From Alphaproteobacteria bacterium (GTDB taxonomy: Bacteria; Pseudomonadota; Alphaproteobacteria; UBA828), in NCBI GenBank assembly GCA_965237415.1, contig CBDEFM010000002.1, forward strand, positions 3,104,001 to 3,168,000: a stretch of DNA of 64,000 bases, read 5' to 3'. Positions 41,542 through 52,679 of this stretch are shown piece after piece. A program made the translations under genes and the position numbers. The notes under the pieces were generated by a model that made no database searches, was not told where the DNA came from, and was given only the letters and a program-made list of their open reading frames with translations. Each line of letters opens with the position of its first letter. Position 1 is the first letter of the stretch.

Positions 41542-44511
41542 TGTTAACGGCGGAGGAATAATGCTCCACGCGGAGCGACCGGACGGTCCGGTCGCGGCGG
41601 CGCAAAAATGCGCCAACCATGGTCCTTTGTCGGTTGCGACGAGGGGCGGGGGATGTACGGCGTGGAGCTCTATGCGGCGGTTCGACTGGCGGTTGTCGAC
41701 GAGGGTTTGAGCCATCACGAGGCGGGCCGTCGGTTCGGCATCGACCGTCGCACGGTGAAGAAGATGCTGAGCTACTCGGCGCCGCCGGGCTACCGCCGGA
41801 CGAAGCCGGTCAGGCGGCCCAAGCTGGACGGGTTCACCGGCATCGTCGACGCGATCCTGGAGGCGGACACGGATCCGGATGTGCCGCGCAAGCAGCGCCA
41901 CACGGCGCACCGGATCTTCGAGCGGCTGCGGGACGAGTACGGGTTCACCGGCGGCTATACCATCGTGAAGGACTATGTGCGTTCCCGGCGGCAATCGACG
42001 CGCGAGGCCTTCGTTCCACTGCATCACCCGCCGGGCCATGCCCAGGTCGACTTCGGCGAGGCGGTGGTGGAGCTGCGGGGGCAGCGGGAGAAGGTCGCCT
42101 TCTTCTGCCTGATCCTGCCCCATTCCAACGTCTGGTTCGTCAAGGCCTATCCGAGGGAGACGACCGAGGCCTTCCTCGACGGCCATGTCAGCGCCTTCGC
42201 CTTCCTCGGCGGGGTTCCGCGCTCGATCCTCTACGACAACACCACCCTTGCGGTGGCGCGGATCCTGGGGGACGGCACGCGCCGCAGGACGCAGGCGTTC
42301 TCACATCTTCAGTCGCACTACCTGTTCCGCGACCGCTTCGGCCGGCCCGGCAAAGGCAACGCAGCCCGGGAGAAGGTCATGGTGCCGAGCTGTTCCTGCG
42401 GCTGATGGCGCGCTGCCTGGAGCGGCTCGACGCCCAGGCGACCGGGCGGCGGCGCTCTCAACTGCGAGATTGCCGGGCCAGGTCTCGTCGACGGCCCTGG
42501 TGCGTTCGGTCAAGGCTATCCGACCGGGAGACGCTCCGAGGCGACGGCCAGGCGGCGCCGTGCAGCGCCTTCGCCTTCCTCGGCGGGGTACATCCGCGCT
42601 CGATCCTCTACGACAACACCACCCTTGCGGTGGCGCGGATCCTGGGGATCGGCTTCGATTCGGTCAACGCTGATCACGCGCCGCAGGACGCAGGCGTTCT
42701 CACATCTTCAGTCGCACTACCTGTTCCGCGACCGCTTCGGCCGGCCCGGCAAAGGCAACGACAAGGGGAAGGTGGAGGCCCTGGTGAAGACGGCAGCGGC
42801 ACGGCGCCGGTTCATGGTGCCGATCCCGAAGGTGCACGACCTGTCGGTCCTGAACGAGCGGCTGATGGCGCGCTGCCTGGAGCGGCTCGACGCGCTGGAG
42901 GCAGGCGACCGGGCGGCGGCGTTGCTCGCCGATCTCGACGCCCTGCGCGATCTGCCCGCCGTCCCCTTCGAGGCCTGCGAGCATGTGCCGGGCCAGGTCT
43001 CGTCGACGGCCCTGGTGCGCTACCGGCTGGTGGACTACTCGGCGCCGGCGGTGCACGCCCACAAGAAGGTGACGGTCAAGGGCTATGTCGACCGGGTCGA
43101 GCCTCGCGCTCGGCGCCGAGATCGTCGCCCGCCATAGGCGCTCCTATGTCCGCGGCGACGTCGTCTACGACCCGCTGCACTATCTGTCGTTGCTGGAGAG
43201 GAAGCCGGGCGCCCTGGACCAGGCGGCGCCGCTGCGGGGGTGGAAGCTCGATCCGGCCTTCGACACGCTGCGCCGCCTCCTCGAAGCCCGCTTCGGGCCG
43301 CGCGGCAAGCGCGAATACATCCAGGTGCTGCGCCTGCTGGAGGACTTTCCGGAGCGCCAGGTGACGGCCGCGGTGCAGGACGCGGTGACTTTTCGCGCGC
43401 CAGATGGTCAGGCGCGATCTTGTTCATCGCCCGCCTCCTTCTCCGTGGCCGTCCCGTCCGCCATGTCCTCCGTCGGGTTCGCTGCCGCTTCGAGCAGCAG
43501 CGCCGCCAGTATCGGGATTACCGCCCCTCGCATCGCCGGCGTGAGTGCCGGACCCGGCTCCAGTAGTTCCAACAGCTCTCCCTGTCTTCCCATGTCGCCC
43601 TCCCAAATCCATGCGGGAGGGCGATGGTAGAACAGCGTCGATGTCCGAACGGAGGTCGCGCAGGGCGTCCAGCGCGATCCGCGGCTGATCCGTCACCGTC
43701 ATCGCCGCCGCGTCTGGAAAGCACATCCAGGTCGGTATCTGCGCCAGCGTGCCATCCGGCTGGCGGACGACGTAGATCATGGTCCCCTTGAAGCGGTGGC
43801 GCCGAACCACTTCCACGCGCTGGCCCGTGCGGGGGTGGAAGGGGTAGTGGATCTTCGTCGGACCGCCCTGGTATCGGGCAGTGTGTGGCTGTTCCGTCAG
43901 GCGTCGGCAAGACGCATGTCGCGCTCGCCCTCGGGCTTGCCGCCTGCCAGAAGGGCCTCTCCGTGCGCTTCACCACCGCCTCTCACCTGGTCCACGAGAT
44001 GATCGAGGCGCGCGACGAGAAGAGGCTCCTCCGCCTCCAGGACCAGCTCGCCAGGGTCAATCTCCTGATCGTCGACGAGCTCGGCTACGTGCCCCTCTCG
44101 CAGACCGGAAGCGAACTGCTGTTCGACGTCTTCAGCCGGCGCTACGAAAACGGCGCCACAATCGTGACCTCAAACCTGCCCTTCCAGGAATGGACAACGG
44201 TCTTCGCCAGCGAGCGCCTCACCGGCGCGCTGCTCGACCGCATCACCCACCATGTCCATATCCTGGAGATGAACGCAGACAGCTACCGGCTCAGGCAGAG
44301 CCGATCGCGACGCCAGCGCCCGTCCGAATAACCCCCCGCTTGTCCCCGTGGGCCCATAGGCCCCACCCACGCGCGGGCCGCCGCCAGCCGCGCACAGGGC
44401 GCGTCGACCCGCGCGCGGGTCCCTCCCATGGACTACGCGGACAAGCTACCACCGAGCCCGTGGTACATTTTTACGCCGCCGCGCCGGTACATAATCTCGC
44501 CGCCGTTGACA
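41542..44511 (+). mobile_element. IS21-family element, internally scrambled (istA from 41654, istB remnant to 44331)
   Basis: TGTTAACGGCGG...CCGCCGTTGACA ends, 6-bp TSD CCCTTG. IstA QVDFG and LYDN motifs; IstB GVGKTH, LIVDELGY, ALLDRITH. Confidence 0.9.
43390..43895 (-). mobile_element. Fragment of a recombinase-associated element (Y4bD-like small ORFs and start of a recombinase) inside IS21
   Basis: IHYPFHPRTGQ...QPDGTLAQIPTWM, a second small ORF (43408-43593), then MNKIAPDHLAR, truncated. Confidence 0.55.
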
Positions 44512-44524
44512 CCCTTGATTGAAG

Positions 44525-44700
44525 TGACGCCGCGTCGGGTGCTACGCCCACGTTCTTTGTGTCGGCGAGATCAACGACGGCCAGCGCGCGGCGTGGTGCC
44601 GCTCGATCGAGATTGTGGAGGGCACGTCGGGGTCTCGGCGGATGGCGCTGTTTTCCGAGGATCGCGAGGTGCCGGCGCTGAACGGCGAGGCGGTCACGTT
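44525..44700 (+). pseudogene. IS1634-like transposase N-terminal remnant
   Basis: VGEINDGQRAAWCRSIE...MALFSEDRE. Confidence 0.5.
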
Positions 44701-44780
44701 CGATGTCGCGAACGCGGCCCTGCTCGACCCCCTAGTGAGGAATATCTGCAACCAGGCGTGCCAGGAGGTCGCTGGGGTTA

Positions 44781-45045
44781 GCCCGTATTTCTCACCACAG
44801 TCACGGCCTGCGTCGCGGCCAGGCGTTCGATCCGCCAGGAGCGGGCCGAAAAGCGTAGCGGGGACTACGGTTGAGGCCCGTGACGCCGCGGGCGGGCGCC
44901 TGGCCGCGACCCGAAGGGCGGCGCTGTCCGGCCGACAGTGTGCGTCACACCGCTTGCCCGATGCCCCACATCGCGCTGCGCGCCGTTCCTACTCTGTCGG
45001 CCGGACAGCGTCGCGCAGACCATGACCGTGGCGAGAAATGCGGGC
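44781..45045 (+). mobile_element. MITE, copy 1 (265 bp, TA duplication)
   Basis: TA-GCCCGTATTTCTCACCAC...GTGGCGAGAAATGCGGGC-TA; homologous to 59920-60183. Confidence 0.85.
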
Positions 45046-45267
45046 TAGTCACCTGAATCTGAAGTTCGCCACATAAAGACAACTATATTGCACGACCACA
45101 TTCTTCGACAATAGAGCGACTTAGTGTGACGACACTGCCAATTGAAAATGATCTCAACTTCAGTGTCAGGTGACTAGAGGAGAGCTTGATTTACACGGCC
45201 CGACTTGAGAACAACACTGGAATGGTTAAGCATGCCTCGTCTGCTCTGATCGATGGGAGGTAATCGA

Positions 45268-45726
45268 ATGGCTCGTCTCGCGAAGATTGCAGCCGCCGGC
45301 TTGGCGGCTACAGCCCTCAGTTTCGCTGTTGCGGCGTGCCAGCCGCAAATGATGGCTCCACGGGCTCTGGACGCTGCTGCTCCGGCCAATGCGATGGCCG
45401 TCGCCGAGGTCCAGGAGCTGGTCGTGGGAAAGACTATTCTCATCAGAGACGAGAATCGGAGAGTGAGTGGGGCGGAATATTTTTCTCCGGACGGAACAGT
45501 GAAATTGAAGGCGAAGCCGGACAGCATCAGTATGACATTTAGTTATAAAGGAACATATTATTTCAACGATCAGGGAAAATTGTGCACGAATTACCCCACT
45601 TTGCCGATCAACCCAAAGGAATTTTGTGAGTATATCGTCCCCTTAAGCGATGGGCGGCATGAGCTGACCGATAGAGGCGTCTATGAGCGGATCCTGGACG
45701 GTGAGCAGCTCGGCGAGCTGAAATAG
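45268..45726 (+). CDS. Putative lipoprotein
   Basis: Lipobox VAAC after a hydrophobic stretch; GGAGG RBS. Confidence 0.75.
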   Translation: MARLAKIAAAGLAATALSFAVAACQPQMMAPRALDAAAPANAMAVAEVQELVVGKTILIRDENRRVSGAEYFSPDGTVKLKAKPDSISMTFSYKGTYYFNDQGKLCTNYPTLPINPKEFCEYIVPLSDGRHELTDRGVYERILDGEQLGELK

Positions 45727-45799
45727 CTTTTCCGGCCAGGCACTGTCGCCGATTGCAGGCGGAGCCGGGCCGTTTCACCGCGTTGGCCGCCACCCTGCG

Positions 45800-46468
45800 C
45801 TATTCCGCCGGGTCCTCCAGCGGCGCCTCGACGCGCGCACGGATCTCGCTCAACAGGCCGTCGATGCCTTTGCGATTGACGACCGAGCTGAACTCGGCCC
45901 GGTGAGTCAGCAGCATGCTGATGCCTTCGACATAGAGGTCGACAACCTTGTGGTTCCCGTCCTTCGAGCGTACGCGGAAATCGATCTCCACGGGATCGGC
46001 ACCGGAGGGCCGGGCGACCTTTGCCTGCACGATTGTGTCGCCGCTCTCGTCGGCAATGACGGAGCGCACCGTGAACTGCTCGCCACCGTAGGAATAGGAA
46101 TCGAACCGGCTCGCGTACACGCGTGCGATGAAGTCGAGGAAAATCGCTGAGAATTCCGCGCGCTGCTCATTGGTCGCCGATTTCCAATGGCGCCCGAGCA
46201 CGAAGCGGGTGACTGTCGGAATGTCGAAGCCCCTGCCCATCATGTCACGGAAGGCGGCCTCGCGCTCCGCAAGGGTGCTGTTGGCCTTGTCCCCGAGGAT
46301 GGCGATGACGTCGTTGCCGACACCCTGGACGAACGCGACCGCCGGGTCGTCGGAGGCGGCCGCCTGCTGTCCCCCGACCGCGACGATGAGGGCAGCAATC
46401 AAGGCGGCGGCCAAAAACGTGCGTCGAGAGAGACGATTGACTCTCTTCCGGTTCGACTTTCTCGACAT
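45800..46468 (-). CDS. MlaC/Ttg2D-family lipid-binding protein with Tat-like signal
   Basis: SRRTFL; RFVLGRHW; VVDLYVEGISMLLTHRAEFSS. Confidence 0.88.
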   Translation of the reverse strand: MSRKSNRKRVNRLSRRTFLAAALIAALIVAVGGQQAAASDDPAVAFVQGVGNDVIAILGDKANSTLAEREAAFRDMMGRGFDIPTVTRFVLGRHWKSATNEQRAEFSAIFLDFIARVYASRFDSYSYGGEQFTVRSVIADESGDTIVQAKVARPSGADPVEIDFRVRSKDGNHKVVDLYVEGISMLLTHRAEFSSVVNRKGIDGLLSEIRARVEAPLEDPAE

Positions 46469-46969
46469 TATGACCGTCCTATTCTGACTAATTGATGAAG
46501 TGTACCGGAGCTTGTCAGATTTAACAATAGTGGTCTCTCAATCGGCGCCTATTTCGGTCCGTGCGTCGGTGTAATTGCATCAATTAGAAGAGACAAATGC
46601 AACCCCCCGCATCGGAATAATCTCCTCTATTTCGATATAGTTGGGGAGATGTCATGTCACGGTCTGTGGTCCGCATTGCGTCGGGTACCGTGCAGGTACC
46701 ATACCATTTTCGAACTTCAGCGCAGCCTCAAGCGCATCTGGCATGAGCGATGGAATGGATGTCCCGCGTTCCCCGCAACAATTCGACCGGAGCGCAGTAG
46801 GCGCGATGGCTCGCGTGGTCGATCAGGGTCAGGGGGACGATCAGGCCGACAGAGACGACCACGAGGCCTGCGACCGGGAACGCGACGATCACGCCCGCCC
46901 ACAGGACAAGCGGGCGCGCTGGAGGGCGCCGTCGCCCTGGTGCTTGTTCCCGAAAGAGCGGAGCGCCTG

Positions 46970-47857
46970 TCAGACCAACTGCGTCGTCGGTGCCTGGTAT
47001 GCGCGTATTAATTCTCGCTTGACCACCGCCGGCGCCTCCGACTGCAAGCCCGGCCTTTCGAGCAACTGGATGCAAGCCTCGCCCAGAGGCGGCAAGAGAG
47101 AAGATGCAGACATCACGCTCAATGTCTTGGGCACGGTTCCTTCGGCCATGACGGTAACGGCGGTTCCTGCTTCGACTGCGGCCTGAATGACTCGCGAATC
47201 GTCGCTGCGCAGCACCTCGCGATAGGCGATGCCTTGGCTCTTGAGCGCCTCGGCTCCCGCGGCCTGGAAGAAGCACTTGTTCCGATGCCAGGCGACGGGT
47301 ACCGGCATCGAGGGAGCGAGTGCCAGCTCCGGGGCGGCTACCCAATGAAGCTGAGGCCGGCGGAGTACTACGGCTGACTGCGATTCCTCCGGCAACGTCA
47401 CGACGGCAAGATCCAGCGTGCGCGACTCTACCAACTGTTGCAGACGCCAGCTCGGCCGGCACGTAATGTCGAGTTCCGCGGCGGCGTAGTTCTGCTGCAT
47501 GTATTTCAGGAGGCCCGGCAGAAGCGACGCCTCGTAACTCTCGGCAATGCCGATCCTGATTTGGCCGATAACCCGCCTTGTCTGCGTGCGCTCGTACATT
47601 CGGTCTTGCATGTCGACGAGGGCCCGAATGTCCGGTAGCAGATCGCGCCCCTCGGCCGTCAACTTCACCTCGTGAGGACCCCGGTCGAACAGCCGAACCC
47701 CGAATGTTTCCTCCAGCTTCTGAATACGAACCGACATTGTGGCTTGGGAGCACCCGAGCTGACGGGCCGCCTCAGAGAAACTTCGCTCCACTGCAAGACA
47801 AAGGAATGAACGGAGTTGCTTGGTATCCAAATCGATCATGAGAATCGAATAAGCCAA
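46970..47857 (-). CDS. LysR-family regulator
   Basis: LDTKQLRSF...SFSEAARQLG.SQATMS..IQKLE...LFDR. Confidence 0.92.
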   Translation of the reverse strand: MAYSILMIDLDTKQLRSFLCLAVERSFSEAARQLGCSQATMSVRIQKLEETFGVRLFDRGPHEVKLTAEGRDLLPDIRALVDMQDRMYERTQTRRVIGQIRIGIAESYEASLLPGLLKYMQQNYAAAELDITCRPSWRLQQLVESRTLDLAVVTLPEESQSAVVLRRPQLHWVAAPELALAPSMPVPVAWHRNKCFFQAAGAEALKSQGIAYREVLRSDDSRVIQAAVEAGTAVTVMAEGTVPKTLSVMSASSLLPPLGEACIQLLERPGLQSEAPAVVKRELIRAYQAPTTQLV

Positions 47858-48179
47858 TACTGCGTATTCCTCAATATGATATATTTCTTATAAGCATAAC
47901 TATTTCGTCAGGTCATGTCGCTCTCAGCGACTCCGCCATCGACGATTGGTAAGTTCACGAGGACGTCATGACGACTCTTGGACATGTATTGGAGGAACGA
48001 GTCGTTCGTTGCCCCACGTTGACCCCGGCCGTGGACGTGGTCTCTATGGCGATCCTCTCCATAATGCCTGCCCAATACGCCCGCGAGCGGCGACCTTCCC
48101 TGCTCGCTTGACAGGTACCGGGCCGCATGGTCAGTAGCGGCCCGCGCGAACGGATCGCAGGTGCGCGAAAGTCTCCCGC

Positions 48180-49124
48180 ATGACGACGGCCATCATCTTT
48201 CCCGGTCAGGGCTCCCAGACGGTCGGCATGGGCCGCGACCTTCACGATGCGTTTCCGGCCGCCCGCGCGGTGTTTCAGGAGATCGACGAGGCCCTCGGCG
48301 AGAGCCTTTCCCGCCTCATGTTCGAGGGTGAGGAGAGCGAGCTCACGCTCACCCGGAACGCGCAGCCCGCGCTCATGGCGGTCTCGGTCGCCGTGGTTCG
48401 CGCGCTCGAGGCCGAGGGCGCCTGGCGGCTCAAGGAGCGCGCTGCCTTCGTCGCCGGCCATTCGCTTGGTGAATACACCGCACTTGCCGCTGCGGGGTGC
48501 CTGGCGCTGGCCGACGCGGCACGCCTGCTTCGTCTGCGAGGCGAGGCCATGCAACAGGCGGTCCCGGTGGGCGCCGGCGCAATGGCCGCGCTGATCGGCG
48601 CCGATCTGGCCCAGGCAGAGGCAATCGCCAAGGCGGCCGCCGGGGACGAGGTCTGCGTGGTCGGCAACGACAACGCACCGGGTCAGGTCGTCATCAGCGG
48701 TACGGCGTCCGCGGTGGAGCGCGCGGTGGCGCTCGCGCCGGATCACGGCATCAAGCGCGCCGTGATGCTGCCGGTGAGCGCACCCTTCCACTCGCCGCTG
48801 CTCGCGCCGGCAGCGGAGACGATGGCGGCGGCATTCAGGGAGGTCCCGTTCATGCCGCTCGCCGTCCCGGTCGTCTCAAACGTGACCGCCCGCCCGGTTC
48901 ACGAGGCATCCGACGTGCCGGCACTGCTCGTTCGTCAGGTGACGACGATGGTTCGCTGGCGCGAGAGCGTGCTTCACATGGCGGGCGAGGGCGTGGATAC
49001 GCTGATCGAGATCGGCGCCGGCCGGGTGCTCACCGGCCTGGCGAGGCGTATCGACCGGGCGCTTGGCGCAAGCGCGGTCGGCACCGTCGCGGAGGTCGAT
49101 GCCCTGCTGGGGCGGACGGCTTAG
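48180..49124 (+). CDS. fabD: Malonyl-CoA:ACP transacylase
   Basis: FPGQGSQ, GHSLGE, VSAPFHS. Confidence 0.97.
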   Translation: MTTAIIFPGQGSQTVGMGRDLHDAFPAARAVFQEIDEALGESLSRLMFEGEESELTLTRNAQPALMAVSVAVVRALEAEGAWRLKERAAFVAGHSLGEYTALAAAGCLALADAARLLRLRGEAMQQAVPVGAGAMAALIGADLAQAEAIAKAAAGDEVCVVGNDNAPGQVVISGTASAVERAVALAPDHGIKRAVMLPVSAPFHSPLLAPAAETMAAAFREVPFMPLAVPVVSNVTARPVHEASDVPALLVRQVTTMVRWRESVLHMAGEGVDTLIEIGAGRVLTGLARRIDRALGASAVGTVAEVDALLGRTA

Positions 49125-49159
49125 GCGCGGCAGGCAGCGGCAGCAGGGAGCGGCAAGGG

Positions 49160-49897
49160 ATGTTCGATCTGTCGGGAAAGGTGGCGCTGGTCACGGGCGC
49201 ATCGGGCGGTATCGGCGGAGCCATCGCCGAGGCCCTTCACCGCCAGGGGGCGGCAGTGGCGCTCTCCGGACGGCGCGCGGATGCGCTGGAGGCGCTGGCT
49301 GCGCGGTTGGGCGAGGGCGCCCATGCGGTGCCCTGCGATCTCGCCGATCGCGCCGCCCTCGCGGCCCTGCCCGAACGCGCGGCGGAGGCGGCAGGTGCGC
49401 CCGCCATCCTCGTCCATTGCGGCGGAATCACCCGCGACGGCCTCGCGCTCCGCATGAAGGACGAGGACTGGCAGGAGGTCCTGGACGTCAATCTCAGCGC
49501 CGGCTTCGTGCTCGCCCGCGCCTGCCTGCGCGGCATGCTCCGCCAGCGTTGGGGGCGGCTCATCTTCATCACCTCGGTGGTGGGCACGACCGGCAATGCC
49601 GGGCAGGCCAACTACGCCGCCTCCAAGGCTGGCCTCGCGGGGATGGTGAAGGCGATTGCCGCCGAGGCAGCCGCGCGCGGCGTCACCGCCAACTGCGTCG
49701 CCCCAGGATTCATCGAGACGGCGATGACCGACGCGCTGGCGGACGCGCAGAAGGAGGCCCTGCTCGGCACGATCCCCGCCGGGCGCTTCGGCGAGGGGAG
49801 CGACGTGGCCGCCGCCTGCGTCTACCTCGCGAGCGAAGAGGCCCGCTACGTCACCGGGCAGACGCTCCACGTCAACGGCGGCATGGCCATGATCTGA
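49160..49897 (+). CDS. fabG: 3-oxoacyl-ACP reductase
   Basis: TGASGGIG, GQANYAASK, GQTLHVNGGMAMI. Confidence 0.97.
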   Translation: MFDLSGKVALVTGASGGIGGAIAEALHRQGAAVALSGRRADALEALAARLGEGAHAVPCDLADRAALAALPERAAEAAGAPAILVHCGGITRDGLALRMKDEDWQEVLDVNLSAGFVLARACLRGMLRQRWGRLIFITSVVGTTGNAGQANYAASKAGLAGMVKAIAAEAAARGVTANCVAPGFIETAMTDALADAQKEALLGTIPAGRFGEGSDVAAACVYLASEEARYVTGQTLHVNGGMAMI

Positions 49898-49931
49898 ACC
49901 CGGCGCGCTTGCCGGTCGGCCATTCCTCCTC

Positions 49932-50834
49932 CTACGGCACCTGTTTGCGTCCGGGCCTGCCGGCGCGTATTGCGATCACGCCGGCTGCGACGATCAGCAC
50001 CGCGCCCCCTGCCATGAGCCAGTCCACGCCCTCGTCCCAGAACAACCAGCCGAACACGGCGGCGAAGACCACCGACGTGTAGATGAAGGTGCCGACCCGG
50101 TCGGTCGGCGCAATGAGGCTGCCTTTTGCGAAAAGAACGTGGGCGGCGGTCGAGAAGACGCCCAGCATGATCAGCCCGGGCCAGGCATCCGCCGGGGGCA
50201 AGGTCGGATTCATCAGCACCGGCGTGAGCGTCACGAGTATGCCGATCAGGGCGAAGTAGACGGCGATGCGGATCGGGTTCTCGTCGGTCGGCATGCGCCA
50301 GATCGCGACGGCGGAGAGCCCGCCGAGCACGCCCGAGGCCGCTCCGATCAAGGCTGCGGGCTGAAAGAACTCCGTTCCGGGCTTGAGGATCAGGGCAACG
50401 CCCGCAAAGCCGATCAACACCGCTGCCAGCACCCTGCCGTCGAGCGCGAATCGAAACAGAAGAAAGCCAAGCACGGGCACGAAGATGGGCGCGCTGAAGT
50501 TGAGCAGCACCGCTTCGGCAAGCGGGAGCACGCTGACCGCGTGGTAGTAGCAGAGCAGCGCGGCCACCAGTGCCACCCCGCGCATCGCCATGAGGCCGCG
50601 ATGGGTCGGGCGCATTGACCGGGGCCAGTACCAGAGGACCCACGGCGTGAGGATCGCGAGGCTGAGCACGTTGCGCCAGAAGAGAACCTCGAAGCTGGAG
50701 AGGCTCTCCTCCGCCATCTTGATGCCCATGCCGGCGAGGGCGAACATGAGGCCCGCCGCAGCGACGAGCGCGGCGCCCAATATCACCCGCCGGCGTCCGG
50801 GCGCGGCGCCGACACTCGCTTCTTGCTCGGTCAT
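49932..50834 (-). CDS. DMT/EamA-family transporter
   Basis: About 10 TM segments with duplicated EamA pattern. Confidence 0.88.
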   Translation of the reverse strand: MTEQEASVGAAPGRRRVILGAALVAAAGLMFALAGMGIKMAEESLSSFEVLFWRNVLSLAILTPWVLWYWPRSMRPTHRGLMAMRGVALVAALLCYYHAVSVLPLAEAVLLNFSAPIFVPVLGFLLFRFALDGRVLAAVLIGFAGVALILKPGTEFFQPAALIGAASGVLGGLSAVAIWRMPTDENPIRIAVYFALIGILVTLTPVLMNPTLPPADAWPGLIMLGVFSTAAHVLFAKGSLIAPTDRVGTFIYTSVVFAAVFGWLFWDEGVDWLMAGGAVLIVAAGVIAIRAGRPGRKQVP

Positions 50835-51081
50835 GGCCGCGTGCCTGGCGGTGGATTCGGTGCTTCTTTCATGGCTCGCGAACGGGCTTCAGGCTCGATT
50901 CGACACTCGCATGGGCGCAGTCGTTCGAGTGTATGGAGTATCGCCGGAAAATGTGTTACCTAGCGCCCCGTCCGTCCGTCCGCGCGGCACGGCCCGAATT
51001 GGGTGCGCGAGCCGCACGGGGCCGCTGTCCGTTGGTTCAGACCGGCGAAGCCGTTCACGCAGTCCGACGAGGGAAGGTTAC

Positions 51082-51321
51082 ATGAGCGATAACGATATCG
51101 CCGCGCGCGTCAAGAAGATCGTCGTCGATCACCTTGGCATCGAAGAGGAAAAGGTGACCGAGAATGCGAGCTTCATAGACGATCTCGGCGCGGACAGCCT
51201 CGATACGGTCGAGCTCGTGATGGCCTTCGAGGAGGAGTTCGGCTGCGAGATTCCCGATGACGCCGCCGAGAAGATCCTCACGGTGAAGGACGCAATCGAC
51301 CACATCGAGCAGATCACCTGA
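51082..51321 (+). CDS. acpP: Acyl carrier protein
   Basis: [21 protein letters not shown]. Confidence 0.98.
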   Translation: MSDNDIAARVKKIVVDHLGIEEEKVTENASFIDDLGADSLDTVELVMAFEEEFGCEIPDDAAEKILTVKDAIDHIEQIT

Positions 51322-51390
51322 CGGGGCGGCCAGAGAGGCCGATGGCGCGGACACGACCTGCGCGAGACCTCGATAGCCGGAGAGCAGTGG

Positions 51391-52668
51391 ATGCGCACCG
51401 CTGACCGGGCGCGCAGAGTGGTGGTCACTGGCGTCGGCATGGTGTCGCCGCTGGCAAACGGCGTCCGCCTGAGCTGGGAGCGGCTCATCGCAGGCCGCTC
51501 GGGCATCGCGCAAATCCAGGGATTCGATCCCTCCGACCTGCCGGTCAAGATCGCGGGCGAGATCCCGTCCGGCGACGATGCGGGCGCGTTCCGCCCGGCC
51601 GACATCGTGCCGACCAAGGACCTGCGCAAGATGGACGACTTCATCGTCTATGCGCTTTGTGCTGCGGTGGAAGCGGTCGAGGATTCCGGGTGGACGCCCG
51701 AGGACGAAGAGAGCCTGGAGCGGACCGGCGTGATGATCGGCTCCGGGATCGGCGGCCTCAAGACCATCGAGGCGGCGACCATCCTCGTCTCCCAGAAGGG
51801 CTACAGGCGGCTCAGCCCGTTCTTCATCCCGTCGAGCCTGATCAATCTGGCGTCGGGGCACGTGTCGATCCGTTACGGATTTCGCGGGCCCAATCATTCG
51901 GTGGTGACGGCGTGCTCGACCGGGGCGCATGCAATCGGCGATGCAACGCACCTCATCCTGCGCGGCGATGCGGATGTCATGGTCGCCGGCGGCGCGGAGG
52001 CAGGGGTCTGCCATCTCGGAGTCGCCGGCTTCGCCGCGGCTCGCGCGCTCTCCACCAATTTCAACGATACGCCGGAGCGCGCATCCCGCCCGTGGGACGA
52101 GGCACGCGACGGGTTCGTGATGGGCGAGGGCGCCGGCGTCGTGGTGCTGGAAGAGTACGAGCACGCGAAGGCGCGGGACGCCACGATCTATGCCGAGATC
52201 ATCGGCTACGGCATGAGCGGCGATGCCCACCACGTGACCGCGCCGGCGCCGGACGGCTCGGGCGGCTACCGCTCCATGGTGCACGCGCTCAGGACCGCAG
52301 AGCTCAACACCGACGAAATCGACTACATCAACGCGCACGGGACCTCGACGCCGCTCGGCGACGAAATCGAGCTGGGCGCCGTCAAGCGCCTCTTCGGCGA
52401 AGACGCCGGTCAGCTCGCGATGTCATCGACCAAGTCGTCCACCGGGCATCTGCTCGGCGCGGCGGGCAGCGTGGAGCTGATCTTCTCCATCCTCGCCATC
52501 AACCACGGCGTGGTCCCGCCGACGCTCAATCTCGATAATCCCTCGCCGGGCTGCGATCTCAATCTCGTCCCGCACGAGGCTCAGGAGCGCAAGGTCGAGC
52601 GCGCGCTGTCCAACTCCTTCGGATTCGGCGGCACCAACGCCTCGGTCATCGTGGGCCGGCCCACCTAG
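51391..52668 (+). CDS. fabF: 3-oxoacyl-ACP synthase II
   Basis: TACSTG, NAHGTST, GHLLGAAG, SNSFGFGG. Confidence 0.97.
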   Translation: MRTADRARRVVVTGVGMVSPLANGVRLSWERLIAGRSGIAQIQGFDPSDLPVKIAGEIPSGDDAGAFRPADIVPTKDLRKMDDFIVYALCAAVEAVEDSGWTPEDEESLERTGVMIGSGIGGLKTIEAATILVSQKGYRRLSPFFIPSSLINLASGHVSIRYGFRGPNHSVVTACSTGAHAIGDATHLILRGDADVMVAGGAEAGVCHLGVAGFAAARALSTNFNDTPERASRPWDEARDGFVMGEGAGVVVLEEYEHAKARDATIYAEIIGYGMSGDAHHVTAPAPDGSGGYRSMVHALRTAELNTDEIDYINAHGTSTPLGDEIELGAVKRLFGEDAGQLAMSSTKSSTGHLLGAAGSVELIFSILAINHGVVPPTLNLDNPSPGCDLNLVPHEAQERKVERALSNSFGFGGTNASVIVGRPT

Positions 52669-52679
52669 TCTGGATTGCG

